Part shown: piece by piece, positions 18,212-27,299 of the stretch
Numbering within the stretch: position 1 is the first letter of the stretch
Layout: each line of letters begins with the position of its first letter
Source: a bacterium
Lineage (GTDB): Bacteria > Patescibacteriota > Minisyncoccia > UBA6257 > GWB1-50-10
NCBI GenBank assembly: GCA_002686365.1
Contig: NZBZ01000004.1
Coordinates: 27,079-91,078, forward strand
DNA: 64,000 nt
Reading direction: 5' to 3'
Made by a program: the position numbers and the translations under genes
The notes under the pieces: model-generated
Told to the model about the DNA's origin: nothing
What the model saw: only the letters and a program-made list of their open reading frames with translations
The model's database searches: none

Positions 18212-18698
18212 GGAGTTAGAAAAAAAGTTTGTTTGGATTGGAGTACTTTTATTTGTTTTGGGAGGTGCTTGGTTTTTATTCAGGCCTTATTCTAATGTTC
18301 CAGAGTCAGGTCTTGAAACATTGGTTAGCGTAAGTGTTGGAGAGAATGTTTTTGAGGCAGAGGTTGCGGATTCAATAGAGGAGCGAAGCAGAGGCTTGTC
18401 AGGCAGAGAGGGCCTGGAAGATGGGCGTGGAATGCTTTTTCTTTTTGAATACCCTGCTGTTCAGGGATTTTGGATGAAAGATATGAAGTTTCCAATTGAT
18501 ATTATTTGGGTTTTGGATGGGGAGGTGATTGGATTTGAGGAGAATGTGCCTATGCCTTTGTTTGATATTTCTGAGTCAGAACTGCCTGTGTATTTTTCGC
18601 CTGAAGAAGTAGATATGGTTCTTGAGATTGGCGCTCATGAGGTAGAGAGGCTTGGAATAGAGGTTGGTGATTTGGTGGATATAAAAGACCCCTCTTGA
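18204..18698 (+). CDS. DUF192 (COG1430) family protein
   Basis: Signature RGLSGREGLEDGRGMLFLFEYP...GFWMKDMKFPIDIIWV; N-terminal signal/TM. Confidence 0.7.
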   Translation: MGKELEKKFVWIGVLLFVLGGAWFLFRPYSNVPESGLETLVSVSVGENVFEAEVADSIEERSRGLSGREGLEDGRGMLFLFEYPAVQGFWMKDMKFPIDIIWVLDGEVIGFEENVPMPLFDISESELPVYFSPEEVDMVLEIGAHEVERLGIEVGDLVDIKDPS

Positions 18699-18741
18699 GT
18701 CAAGAAGGGGGTTAATGCGCACCAAGATGCTGTTGCGCTTG

Positions 18742-18987
18742 TTAGGCTTTGCCTTGCTTTCTTTGTCTTTGGACGAGGCGTATGATTATATATTCTCCTG
18801 CTAAGGCGATTAATAGCCAGGATATGATGACCAGAGCCCTTTTGAGTGTCACGGGTTGATTCATCCACTGCTCTGTTAGCTGTAGTAGTTCCAGCGTTAG
18901 TATGGCTATGCTTGTCCATGCTAGCCACCAAACGAGTGCTAGTGCTAATAACAGTCTGATCGCCCATAACAGTCCAAGCGTCTTCAT
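18742..18987 (-). CDS. Small 2-TM membrane protein
   Basis: Hydrophobicity only. Confidence 0.3.
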   Translation of the reverse strand: MKTLGLLWAIRLLLALALVWWLAWTSIAILTLELLQLTEQWMNQPVTLKRALVIISWLLIALAGEYIIIRLVQRQRKQGKA

Positions 18988-19085
18988 GGAACTGGCCCTT
19001 TCGTGTTGCCTACGGCTCTTTCTAGTCTATTTATAGCATGTGGATAAGGTGATGTACATATTCTGGTATAATTTTTAGATATAAT

Positions 19086-20102
19086 ATGGCAAACATTGCG
19101 ATAAATGGATTTGGCAGGATTGGGAGGTTGTTTTTTCGTCAGGCATTTGGGAAGAAGGGATTGAACATTGTTGCTATTAATGACTTGGGGGGCGCTGAAA
19201 ACTTGGCGCATCTTTTGCAGTATGACTCTGTATATCGGAGGTTTGATAAAGAGGTGTCTGTGAAGGGAGATAATCTAATTGTTGGAGGGAAGGAGATTAA
19301 GCTTTTGCAGGAGGAGGATCCGTTAAGGCTTCCGTGGAGGGAGCTGGGTGTTCAGATTGTTTTAGAATCTACTGGAGTTTTTGATTCGTATGAGAAGGCA
19401 AAGGCGCATGTGTGCGCTGGAGCAAAGCGAGTTGTGATTACTGCTCCTTCTAAAGATGAGGACGGCACAGAGGGGAAGACGGTTTTGATGGGAGTAAATG
19501 ATGGGGAGCTTGAGAAGGTGGTTTTGAGTTCTAATGCGTCATGTACGACTAATGCGGCATCTCCTATTATGCAGATTCTTTCTGAAAAGCCGGGTATTTC
19601 AAAGGCAATTTTGAATACTGTGCATGGGTATACTGCGACGCAGGCCTTGGTTGATAGTCCTACTCGCGGTAAGGATGTTCGGCGCGGACGGGCTGCTGCG
19701 CAGAATATTGTTCCATCTACTACTGGAGCTGCAAGCGCTGTTTCCCGCGCGCTTCCGGATTTTGAGGGTAAGTTTGACGGAATTGCAATGCGGGTTCCTG
19801 TGATTGCCGGGTCTTTGGCTGACATAACATTTATTTCTAAAAAGAAGACTTCTGCTCTTGAGGTTAATACTATTTTGAAGAAGGCGGCAAAGGCAGCTAG
19901 GTGGGATGGTATTTTTACTGTTATGGAGGATCCTATTGTTTCATCGGATATTGTTGGAGAGCCTTATGGCGCGATTGCGGATTTGTCATTTACGAAAGTT
20001 GTTGATGGAAATTTGGTTAAGGTACTTTCGTGGTATGACAATGAGTGGGGGTATGTTTCGACTTTGATGAAGCATGTGGATCGTGTTATTTCCTTAGTGT
20101 AG
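19086..20102 (+). CDS. gap: Glyceraldehyde-3-phosphate dehydrogenase
   Basis: MANIAINGFGRIGR NAD-binding start; SNASCTTN catalytic Cys segment; WYDNEWGY C-terminal signature. Confidence 0.9.
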   Translation: MANIAINGFGRIGRLFFRQAFGKKGLNIVAINDLGGAENLAHLLQYDSVYRRFDKEVSVKGDNLIVGGKEIKLLQEEDPLRLPWRELGVQIVLESTGVFDSYEKAKAHVCAGAKRVVITAPSKDEDGTEGKTVLMGVNDGELEKVVLSSNASCTTNAASPIMQILSEKPGISKAILNTVHGYTATQALVDSPTRGKDVRRGRAAAQNIVPSTTGAASAVSRALPDFEGKFDGIAMRVPVIAGSLADITFISKKKTSALEVNTILKKAAKAARWDGIFTVMEDPIVSSDIVGEPYGAIADLSFTKVVDGNLVKVLSWYDNEWGYVSTLMKHVDRVISLV

Positions 20103-20138
20103 TTGAGTTTTTTGTGAAAATAGAGGTAGGATGAGCCC

Positions 20139-21254
20139 ATGAGATATTGGGTTTTTGTTTTTGTTCTAGCCCTGATTTCGTTTGGTTTTTCAGGGGTGCT
20201 TTATATTGTCAGAGATTTTGATTATGTAGTGCAGGGCACAGAGACTGCTCAGCTTGAGGTTGGCTTTAACAGAATGCTGGGCAAGGTCCAGCCTGAGGAT
20301 TTTGAGCTTTTATTTGTCGGAGATGTGATGCTCTCCAGAGGAGTTGGTGCGCAGATGCTTAGGCGTCAGGATTTTTATTATCCGTTTCGGCGGATTGCGC
20401 TTACTTTGCGGGGAGCGGATTTTGTATTTGCGAATCTTGAGGGTCCAATTTCAAATCGCGGGATAAATCAGGGGTCAGAGTATTCTTTTCGGGCAGACCC
20501 GAGAGTTGTGGATGGTTTGAAGTTTGCTGGATTTGATGTTTTGTCTTTGGCTAATAATCATGCTTTGGACTGGGGAAGGGAGGCGATGTTTGATACTATA
20601 GATATTTTGGAGACGAATGATGTGTATACGGCTGGTGCTGGTGAGAATTTGGATTTGGCGAATCAGCCGGCTGTTTTATGTGTGGAGGATGGGACGTCAA
20701 AATATATCGAGATATCGAGATATCGAGATTCTGAGATGTCGAGATATCGAGATGGCGAGATTTTGGGATATCGAGATGGCGAGAATTTTTGTTCTGGGAT
20801 TAGTGTTGCAGTTTTCGCATATACGAATTTGTATCCATTGGGACTTGTTGCCAAAGAAGATTATTCCGGTGTGAGTGATTTTCGGCTGGTAAGGATTTTG
20901 AAGGATATTCGCGCAATCCGCGACGAAGTCGATTTTGTTGTTGTTTCATATCATTGGGGCGAGGAATACGCAGAGGAATCAAATGAGGAGCAGAGCATGC
21001 TTGCGCATGCGATTATTGATGCTGGCGCGGATTTTATTATTGGACATCATCCGCATGTTGTGCAGGAAATTGAGAAATATAAGGATGGCTGGATTGCGTA
21101 CAGTTTAGGGAATTTTGTGTTTGATCAGGATTTTTCAGATGAGACGATGAGGGGAGCTATTCTTAGGGTTCTGGTGCGGGATGGGAGGGTTTTTAGTGTG
21201 GAAGAGCTGGGGACGAGAATAAGTTCTACATATCAGGTTTATCTTGGGGAGTAG
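20139..21254 (+). CDS. CapA/PGA_cap-family metallophosphatase-like protein with in-frame minisatellite insertion
   Basis: FVGDVMLSRGV, ANLEGPIS, SLANNHALDWG, HWGEEY, IIGHHPHVVQEIE motifs of the CapA family; internal 8-aa repeats ISRYRDSE/MSRYRDGE/ILGYRDGE. Confidence 0.75.
   Translation: MRYWVFVFVLALISFGFSGVLYIVRDFDYVVQGTETAQLEVGFNRMLGKVQPEDFELLFVGDVMLSRGVGAQMLRRQDFYYPFRRIALTLRGADFVFANLEGPISNRGINQGSEYSFRADPRVVDGLKFAGFDVLSLANNHALDWGREAMFDTIDILETNDVYTAGAGENLDLANQPAVLCVEDGTSKYIEISRYRDSEMSRYRDGEILGYRDGENFCSGISVAVFAYTNLYPLGLVAKEDYSGVSDFRLVRILKDIRAIRDEVDFVVVSYHWGEEYAEESNEEQSMLAHAIIDAGADFIIGHHPHVVQEIEKYKDGWIAYSLGNFVFDQDFSDETMRGAILRVLVRDGRVFSVEELGTRISSTYQVYLGE
20704..20791. repeat. 11 tandem units of the 8-bp ATATCGAG repeat inside the capA-like CDS
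   Basis: Parsed by hand; frame preserved, read as a 24-bp (8-aa) period. Confidence 0.85.
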
Positions 21255-21366
21255 TGGTGGTCAGGCAGTGTTTTTTACTTCTTTTGAGGTTTTGTGTTAA
21301 GCTTCCCGGTGGCTTCAGAGGGGGGAGTTTCTGGCGCTGTGTTCACAACTTGTAGGAGGTTCTGTT

Positions 21367-21858
21367 ATGAAATGCTTTCTCTTGGCTGTTCTTCTGTGCA
21401 TCCTCGTCGCACCTCTTTGTTCTTGTAGTAAGTTGAGTCCTTATGTGGCTGAAGATGGTGTTCTTCGCTGGGATAGGGATGGAGCGTTTATTCCAGACCA
21501 AAGCATTAGGCGCTCTGCACTTCTGCCAATTGATGTGTGTGTTGTGGTGACTGGAGATGTGCCTGTTATAGGTGTTTCAATGGTCATTCGCGGTGATGTG
21601 GATCTTAGAGGCACGGCTGTCAGGTCGCGTATGGGTCTGATGTTGGCGTCGAATGTTCATAATGATGGGAGGCTTCATATAGAGGCTGCAGGTCTCTATC
21701 CTTTGCCTCAGGGGGTATATGAACTTTTCACGCTTCTCATTCCTGCATCTGGAATTTCGCAATTTCGACTTTGGCTTGACGAGGTCCAGTTTAATGAGAT
21801 GTTGGTCTTGGAGGGAGGCCTTCCTGTGCCTGGTCGTATTAGCGTTCTGTTCAGGTAG
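21367..21858 (+). CDS. Hypothetical lipoprotein-like protein
   Basis: LAVLLCILVAPLCSC signal plus lipobox-like Cys; GTAGGAGG SD; slightly GC-richer than its neighbours. Confidence 0.4.
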   Translation: MKCFLLAVLLCILVAPLCSCSKLSPYVAEDGVLRWDRDGAFIPDQSIRRSALLPIDVCVVVTGDVPVIGVSMVIRGDVDLRGTAVRSRMGLMLASNVHNDGRLHIEAAGLYPLPQGVYELFTLLIPASGISQFRLWLDEVQFNEMLVLEGGLPVPGRISVLFR

Positions 21859-21916
21859 GCGGTGTAGTTTCGTAGAGTCGCGCAGCGTTGTGCGACTTTT
21901 TCATTTTTTGGGTATA

Positions 21917-22393
21917 ATGGTTTTAATGGTTATTTATATTGGGGCAGATCATAGAGGGTTTGAGCTCAAGGCAGAACTTAAGGAGTTTATTCAGGGCCTT
22001 GGGTATCAGGTGTTTGATATGGGGGCAGAAACTTTAGATGAGAATGATGACTATCCGGATTTTGCAGCGGCTGTTGCGGGTAAGGTGAGTGATGACTATG
22101 AGAATGCGAAAGGCATTGTGATTTGCGGATCTGGAATTGGAGTTGATATTGTTGCGAATAAGTTTTCGAGGGTTCGGTGTTCTTTGGTTTCTACTTCTGA
22201 TCAGGCGTTTGACGCGCGTAGTGATGATGATGCAAATGTTTTGGCGCTTGGCGCGAATATTGTGAATTCGGAAGAGGTAAAAAAGATTTTAACTACTTGG
22301 CTGGGAACTCCTTTCTCTGATGAGGAGCGGCATCGAAGAAGGAGAGATAAGATTTCGAAACTTGAGATTGAGCTGGGAGAGAAGAATAAATAA
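21917..22393 (+). CDS. rpiB: Ribose-5-phosphate isomerase B
   Basis: IYIGADHRGFELK is the RpiB N-terminal signature; ATG at 21917 or 21926 (ORF track begins at 21719 with no supporting signal); TATAAT directly upstream. Confidence 0.85.
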   Translation: MVLMVIYIGADHRGFELKAELKEFIQGLGYQVFDMGAETLDENDDYPDFAAAVAGKVSDDYENAKGIVICGSGIGVDIVANKFSRVRCSLVSTSDQAFDARSDDDANVLALGANIVNSEEVKKILTTWLGTPFSDEERHRRRRDKISKLEIELGEKNK

Positions 22394-22411
22394 AGTTTGT
22401 AGTTTTTATTT

Positions 22412-23071
22412 GTGGAGGTTATACCATCAGTAAATTGTGAGGACTTTAAGTGCGTAAAAGAACTTCTTCCGAAGGTTAAGGAGATTGGTTCAGAGTGGGC
22501 GCATTTTGATGTTTCTGATGGGACATTTAATAGTGTTGTGACTTGGAATGAGCCAGAGCAGCTTTCACAATTCTCAAAAGCCGAACTTCCGAAAATTGAG
22601 GTTCATTTGATGGTGGATAATCCAAAGAAGTATTTGGATGAATGGGTTGAGGCAGGAGCAAAGAGGATTTTGGTGCAGGTTGAGGCATTGTCTGGTTCAA
22701 AGTTAAAAGTTTCCTCCCGAGGCGGATTCGCCTTTGGCGAAGAAAGTTTTTCCGGTTGTGAAATCGGATTGGTGTTAAATCCTGATACTCCTGTAGAGGA
22801 GGTGTTTTCATATTTGGATAAGATTCGATTTGTGCAGTTTTTGGCAGTTGTTCCCGGTCCTTCTGGACAGAAGTTTCAGGAAGAGATCTTGGAAAAAATT
22901 AGAGCGCTTAGGGAGAGAGATAAAGATGTTATAATAGAGGTAGATGGAGGAATAATTCCGGAAGTTGTTTTGCGTTTGAAGGAGGCAGGTGCGGATATAG
23001 TTATTTCTTCATCTTATATTTGGAAAAGTCGCAATCCTCGAGAAGCATTTTGCGCTTTGGGCGAGGTTTAG
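22412..23071 (+). CDS. rpe: Ribulose-phosphate 3-epimerase family protein (divergent)
   Basis: VIPSVNCEDF ~ IAPSILSADF; HFDVSDGTF ~ HVDVMDGHF; HLMV motif; GTG start. Confidence 0.7.
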   Translation: MEVIPSVNCEDFKCVKELLPKVKEIGSEWAHFDVSDGTFNSVVTWNEPEQLSQFSKAELPKIEVHLMVDNPKKYLDEWVEAGAKRILVQVEALSGSKLKVSSRGGFAFGEESFSGCEIGLVLNPDTPVEEVFSYLDKIRFVQFLAVVPGPSGQKFQEEILEKIRALRERDKDVIIEVDGGIIPEVVLRLKEAGADIVISSSYIWKSRNPREAFCALGEV

Positions 23072-23092
23072 ATTAAAGCTTTTGTTCTTTTT

Positions 23093-24469
23093 ATGAGTTC
23101 TTCAGAGGAATCTAAAAATTCTAAGAAGGTTGTTCTGCCTTCCTTTGTTGATATTTTTGTAACTTCCTTTCGGGCATTTGAGGGAAGATTTTTTACGTTT
23201 TTTATGATTTTGCTTATTCCGGTTCTGCTTTTTCTTATTCTTGGCGGAGGTGTTTATGGTGTAATTTATTGGGAACAGCAGACTTCTCCTTTTGTATCAG
23301 GGTTTAGTTTTCTTTTTTCTCCGGGTATTCTTTTTTCGCTTATGTTTTTTGGGATGCTTGTCATCCTTTTTCATGTGTGGGCGAATGCTGCTCTTTTGTA
23401 TTCAATTACTTCCGGCGCTAAAGATAACTTTCTTGTGGCTTATAGGGAAAGTTTTTCAAAAATTGGTTCGTACATTTGGATAGGCGTGCTTTCTACTCTT
23501 GCTGTTTTGGGAGGACTTCTTCTTTTTGTTATTCCCGGGATTATTATTTCAGTTGCGATTACTTTTGCCGCGTTTATTCTTTTTGTTGAGGGAGATAAGG
23601 GCTCTGCCGCGCTTTTTAAGAGCAGGGAGTATGTTCGGGGAAATTGGTGGGGGGTTTTGGGGAGGGTTCTTTTTGCCTTTCTTATTGTTAGTCTTTTCCT
23701 TAACCTGCTTCAGGCGCTTATTCGATATGTTTTTGGTTCGATGGCTTCTGAAATTGTTGTTGATGCTGTTTCTTCGTTTGTTGTCATTCCTTTTAGTTTT
23801 GTGTTTCTTTTCGAGATTTATAAATCACTTCGGAACGGTAAGCCATGGGTTGCGGAGGGTATTCTCTCCGGCAGGCTTCTTGCCTTTTCAGCTATCCTTG
23901 GATTTTTACTTATTCTTGCCGGCCCTGTTGTGCTTACTACAACGGGAATTTTTCGAACGGTTTTTTCTTTCTATTCTTCAAATATTTCTGATTTTTCCGG
24001 ACTTAACTTTCAGAGTTTTTTTGCAGGAGGAGCTTTTACTGAGTCTCCGGTGGTTTCCGGGTTTTCAGGGGAGGATCTTGGCAGGCTGCAGCGTATTCGG
24101 GATGCGCGGCGAATTTCAGACCTTTCCCGCCTAGGCATTGTTCTTAGTGTTATTTCCCGCCAGGATCCTAATTTTTGCAATGCTCCGCGAGGCGCTGTAT
24201 ACAGATCTACAAGCCCTTCCGGAGGCGGGAGCGCGTGGCTTCCAATCGACTTGAGTTTATCCGGCTTGAATGATCTTGCTGTTACGCATCCTCCTCGGGA
24301 TCCAATGAATACTTCTCAATATAGGTATTTGTTTTCTTGCGGTGAAGATGGAGGATATGAGCTGAATGCTCGCATGGAGGATCCGAGTAATTTTGTGAAG
24401 AGCGTGGGAGATAGAGGTGATGATGTAGATGCGTATGAGATTGGGACTAATTTAGGTTTGATTCCTTAA
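23093..24469 (+). CDS. Polytopic membrane protein with C-terminal pilin-headgroup-like domain
   Basis: About 8 TM helices in the first 320 aa; C-terminal RDARRISDLSRLGIVL...YEIGTNLGLIP resembles RDATRISDLEAINTALGFYL...YEVGNDPGLDL of the pilin at 41285. Confidence 0.5.
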   Translation: MSSSEESKNSKKVVLPSFVDIFVTSFRAFEGRFFTFFMILLIPVLLFLILGGGVYGVIYWEQQTSPFVSGFSFLFSPGILFSLMFFGMLVILFHVWANAALLYSITSGAKDNFLVAYRESFSKIGSYIWIGVLSTLAVLGGLLLFVIPGIIISVAITFAAFILFVEGDKGSAALFKSREYVRGNWWGVLGRVLFAFLIVSLFLNLLQALIRYVFGSMASEIVVDAVSSFVVIPFSFVFLFEIYKSLRNGKPWVAEGILSGRLLAFSAILGFLLILAGPVVLTTTGIFRTVFSFYSSNISDFSGLNFQSFFAGGAFTESPVVSGFSGEDLGRLQRIRDARRISDLSRLGIVLSVISRQDPNFCNAPRGAVYRSTSPSGGGSAWLPIDLSLSGLNDLAVTHPPRDPMNTSQYRYLFSCGEDGGYELNARMEDPSNFVKSVGDRGDDVDAYEIGTNLGLIP

Positions 24470-24480
24470 TTTTTTATATT

Positions 24481-25341
24481 ATGGGTTTACACGAAGGGAA
24501 AATAAAACATTTAGAGGAGCAGGCGTATCGGATGCGTGAACTTTTAATTGAGGAGCTTTTGGAGGCTGGGTCAGGGCATTCTGCTGGGTCATTGGGAACA
24601 GCAGAGATTTTCACTGCTCTTTATTTTCATATTTTGAATCATAATCCGAAGCGTCCTGATTGGAAGGATCGGGATCGATTAGTGCTTTCGTGCGGGCATA
24701 TTTGTCCTATACAGTACGCGGCACTTGCTCTTGCGGGGTATTTTCCGGTGGAGGAGCTTAAGACTTTGCGTAAGCTTGATTCCCGTCTTCAGGGGCATCC
24801 GCATCGCGGATCTTTGCCTGGAGTTGAGACTACGTCCGGGCCTTTGGGTTCAGGCCTTGCACAAGCTTCAGGAATTGCTCTTGCGGGACGACTTGATGAA
24901 AAGAAGTATCAGGTGTACTGCGTTACTTCAGATGGAGAACATCAGGAGGGAAATCATTGGGAGGCGGCCTTGTTCGCAAAGAGGCATCGGCTTGGGAATC
25001 TTACTGTGATTGTTGACAGGAATAATATTCAAATTGACGGGAATACAGAAAATGTAATGCCATTAGAGCCCTTCCGGGAGAAGTATGAGGCATTTGGATG
25101 GTATGTGCTGGAAATTGACGGGCATAATATTCGGGAGATTGTTGATGCGGCTACAGAGGCGAAGGTAATTCATGAGCAGCCCACTGTAATTATTGCGCAC
25201 ACGATTCCCGGGAAGGGCGTAAGCTTTATGGAAGAAGATTATTTGTGGCATGGGAAGCCTCCGAAAGATAGAGCAGAGGCAGATCGAGCTATTCGGGATA
25301 TTCACGCGGCTTTGAGCAAGTTAAGAAAAGAGCATAAGTAA
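24481..25341 (+). CDS. tkt: Transketolase, N-terminal (thiamine diphosphate-binding) subunit
   Basis: GHSAGSLGTAEIFTALYFHILNHNP and LQGHPHR motifs; split-gene arrangement. Confidence 0.85.
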   Translation: MGLHEGKIKHLEEQAYRMRELLIEELLEAGSGHSAGSLGTAEIFTALYFHILNHNPKRPDWKDRDRLVLSCGHICPIQYAALALAGYFPVEELKTLRKLDSRLQGHPHRGSLPGVETTSGPLGSGLAQASGIALAGRLDEKKYQVYCVTSDGEHQEGNHWEAALFAKRHRLGNLTVIVDRNNIQIDGNTENVMPLEPFREKYEAFGWYVLEIDGHNIREIVDAATEAKVIHEQPTVIIAHTIPGKGVSFMEEDYLWHGKPPKDRAEADRAIRDIHAALSKLRKEHK

Positions 25342-25350
25342 TAATTTTAT

Positions 25351-26343
25351 ATGTTGAATTCAAAAGTAAAACTATCGCGAAAAATTTTTGGCAAGGATGT
25401 GGAGATGATTCCTACGCGAGATGGATATGGCGATGGGTTAGTTATGGCAGGAGAGAAGAATGATGATGTAGTTGTGCTTACTGCTGATCTTGCAGACTCT
25501 ACGCGGGCGCAGGCGTTTGCAGAGAAGTTTCCGGAGAGATTTTTTGAGTGCGGAGTTGCAGAGCAGGCTATGGCTACTGTTGCGGCAGGGCTTGGAACAT
25601 CCGGGAAAATTCCTTTTATTTCATCGTACGCAACTTTTTCTCCGGGGCGAAACTGGGAGCAGATTCGGACATCGATTTCTTATAATGATTCAAATGTGAA
25701 GATTGCGGGGCATCATTCGGGGATTTCTGTTGGTCCTGACGGGGTAACGCATCAGGCAGTTGAGGATATTGCAACTATGCGGGTTATGGCGAATATGACT
25801 GTTATTCAGCCATGCGATGCAATAGAGGCGCGAAAGGCAACAATACAGGCGGCAAAGGTGTGGGGGCCAATGTACTTGCGGTTTTCTCGGGAGAAGACAG
25901 CAGTTTTAACAAGTGATACTTCTCCATTTACTATTGGCAGGGCAGAGGTGTTGTGGGAAGAGAAGGGAGCAAAGGTTTTGATTATTGGGTGCGGACCCTT
26001 ACTTCACCATGCTCTTTTGGCTGCAAAAGAGCTTAAGAAGGAAAAGGTTCCTGTTGTTGTTTTGAATTCTCATACCATAAAGCCATTGGACGCAAAGACG
26101 ATTTTGCCTTTGGCAAAGAAGATTGGCGCTGTTTTAACAGTTGAGGAGCATCAGGTGCATGGCGGGCTTGGAGGAGCTGTTGCTGAACTTTTAGCACGGG
26201 AGTGTCCAGTGCCTATTGAGTTTATAGGAATGCAGGATACGTTTGCAGAGTCTGGTCCGCCTGACGAATTGTGGAACAAATATGGTATGGGGGTAGAAGA
26301 TATAAAACGCGCTGTAAATAAAGTTTTAAAAAGAAAAAGATAA
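25351..26343 (+). CDS. tkt: Transketolase, C-terminal (pyrimidine-binding) subunit
   Basis: Transketolase Pyr and C-terminal domains; lies directly downstream of the N-terminal subunit. Confidence 0.85.
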   Translation: MLNSKVKLSRKIFGKDVEMIPTRDGYGDGLVMAGEKNDDVVVLTADLADSTRAQAFAEKFPERFFECGVAEQAMATVAAGLGTSGKIPFISSYATFSPGRNWEQIRTSISYNDSNVKIAGHHSGISVGPDGVTHQAVEDIATMRVMANMTVIQPCDAIEARKATIQAAKVWGPMYLRFSREKTAVLTSDTSPFTIGRAEVLWEEKGAKVLIIGCGPLLHHALLAAKELKKEKVPVVVLNSHTIKPLDAKTILPLAKKIGAVLTVEEHQVHGGLGGAVAELLARECPVPIEFIGMQDTFAESGPPDELWNKYGMGVEDIKRAVNKVLKRKR

Positions 26344-26408
26344 ATGTTACCTCGCCAAGGCGGGGTCCTCAACTTCGTGGCTTCGCTGCGCTCAGACGAA
26401 GTTGGGAA

Positions 26409-26471
26409 ATACGGAATGGGGGCTAAGGATATAAAGGAGGCGGTGAGGAGGGTATTGAAGAGAAAGAAATA
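26409..26471 (+). repeat. GC-richer duplicate of the transketolase 3-prime end (encodes YGMGAKDIKEAVRRVLKRKK-stop)
   Basis: Compared with 26281-26343 (YGMGVEDIKRAVNKVLKRKR-stop); preceded by hairpin CAACTTCGT...ACGAAGTTG at 26371-26405. Confidence 0.6.
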
Positions 26472-26542
26472 GATTGATTTTGTTTGTATAAAAACAGGAA
26501 CCTTTTGGAGGTTCCTTTTCGTGGACGGCCGAGTTGGTTCGG

Positions 26543-27142
26543 TCAGGCGGCTATCTTAGCGATTTGGATAGCCTTTTGTCGCACCCAGCTTACTCTTGCG
26601 AGGTCTTGTATGAGCTGTATGGCCTCTTCGGTGCTTCTGGTCAGCTCTACAGCTGTGTCGTCTTGTCCCTCGACTCGTTGTCCGAGCGCCTTCTCAGCCT
26701 CTCCTCGGTTGGTATCGTTGAGGTTGCATACGATTATTCGTAGTGCAACTCGTGCTGTTCCATCGTTCATGATGAGGGCTTCGGCTGTTTCCATGTCTAC
26801 ATGAACCCAGCTGACCTTACTCAGATCCACCTGCTCTGGCTGTTCACTGGTCAACACCACCTCGTCCGGTACGTGGGTGAGATGTATCGTGAGTATGTTC
26901 CCGGCATCATCTCCCAGATCCCGAACTATCTTCAGGTTTCTTACGGTGGTTTTCGTGGTGATTTCCACCGAACCCTCTGGCATGCCGAGTAGTTCTCTTA
27001 TCTCCGACATTGCCTGCTCGGCAACTCCCATTCCTCCCATGAGCATGCGGACCCCGACTTCTTTGTCGTCTGGCATTTGCTCGATGAAGCCATCCAGCCC
27101 TGGGGAGTTAAATATGGTGGGCATTCGTTCTTCCCTTCTCAT
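26543..27142 (-). CDS. Hypothetical protein (GC-rich islet D)
   Basis: 199 aa, acidic; composition differs sharply from flanking genes. Confidence 0.4.
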   Translation of the reverse strand: MRREERMPTIFNSPGLDGFIEQMPDDKEVGVRMLMGGMGVAEQAMSEIRELLGMPEGSVEITTKTTVRNLKIVRDLGDDAGNILTIHLTHVPDEVVLTSEQPEQVDLSKVSWVHVDMETAEALIMNDGTARVALRIIVCNLNDTNRGEAEKALGQRVEGQDDTAVELTRSTEEAIQLIQDLARVSWVRQKAIQIAKIAA

Positions 27143-27299
27143 CCATGAGTCTGTGGGCTGTTAGGCCCTTTTTGGCGCGTAAGGCGCGAGCGCGGATCCG
27201 AATTTAGGGTATCTTCTTTCTGTTTATTTTGCAATATTTTGCCATTATTTTGCGTTTTGAACAGTGGTTTCCGGAGCTTTTTTGAGATATAATGGTCTT

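Noticed and set aside
23499-24134. Long antisense or alternative-frame ORFs (for example 23499..24134, 2043..2519, 36748..37228, 16240..16686, 58245..58742, 59889..60536)
   Set aside because: They lie entirely inside well-supported genes on the other strand or in another frame. They are low-complexity (Leu/Phe/Ser-rich) and have no start-site signals.
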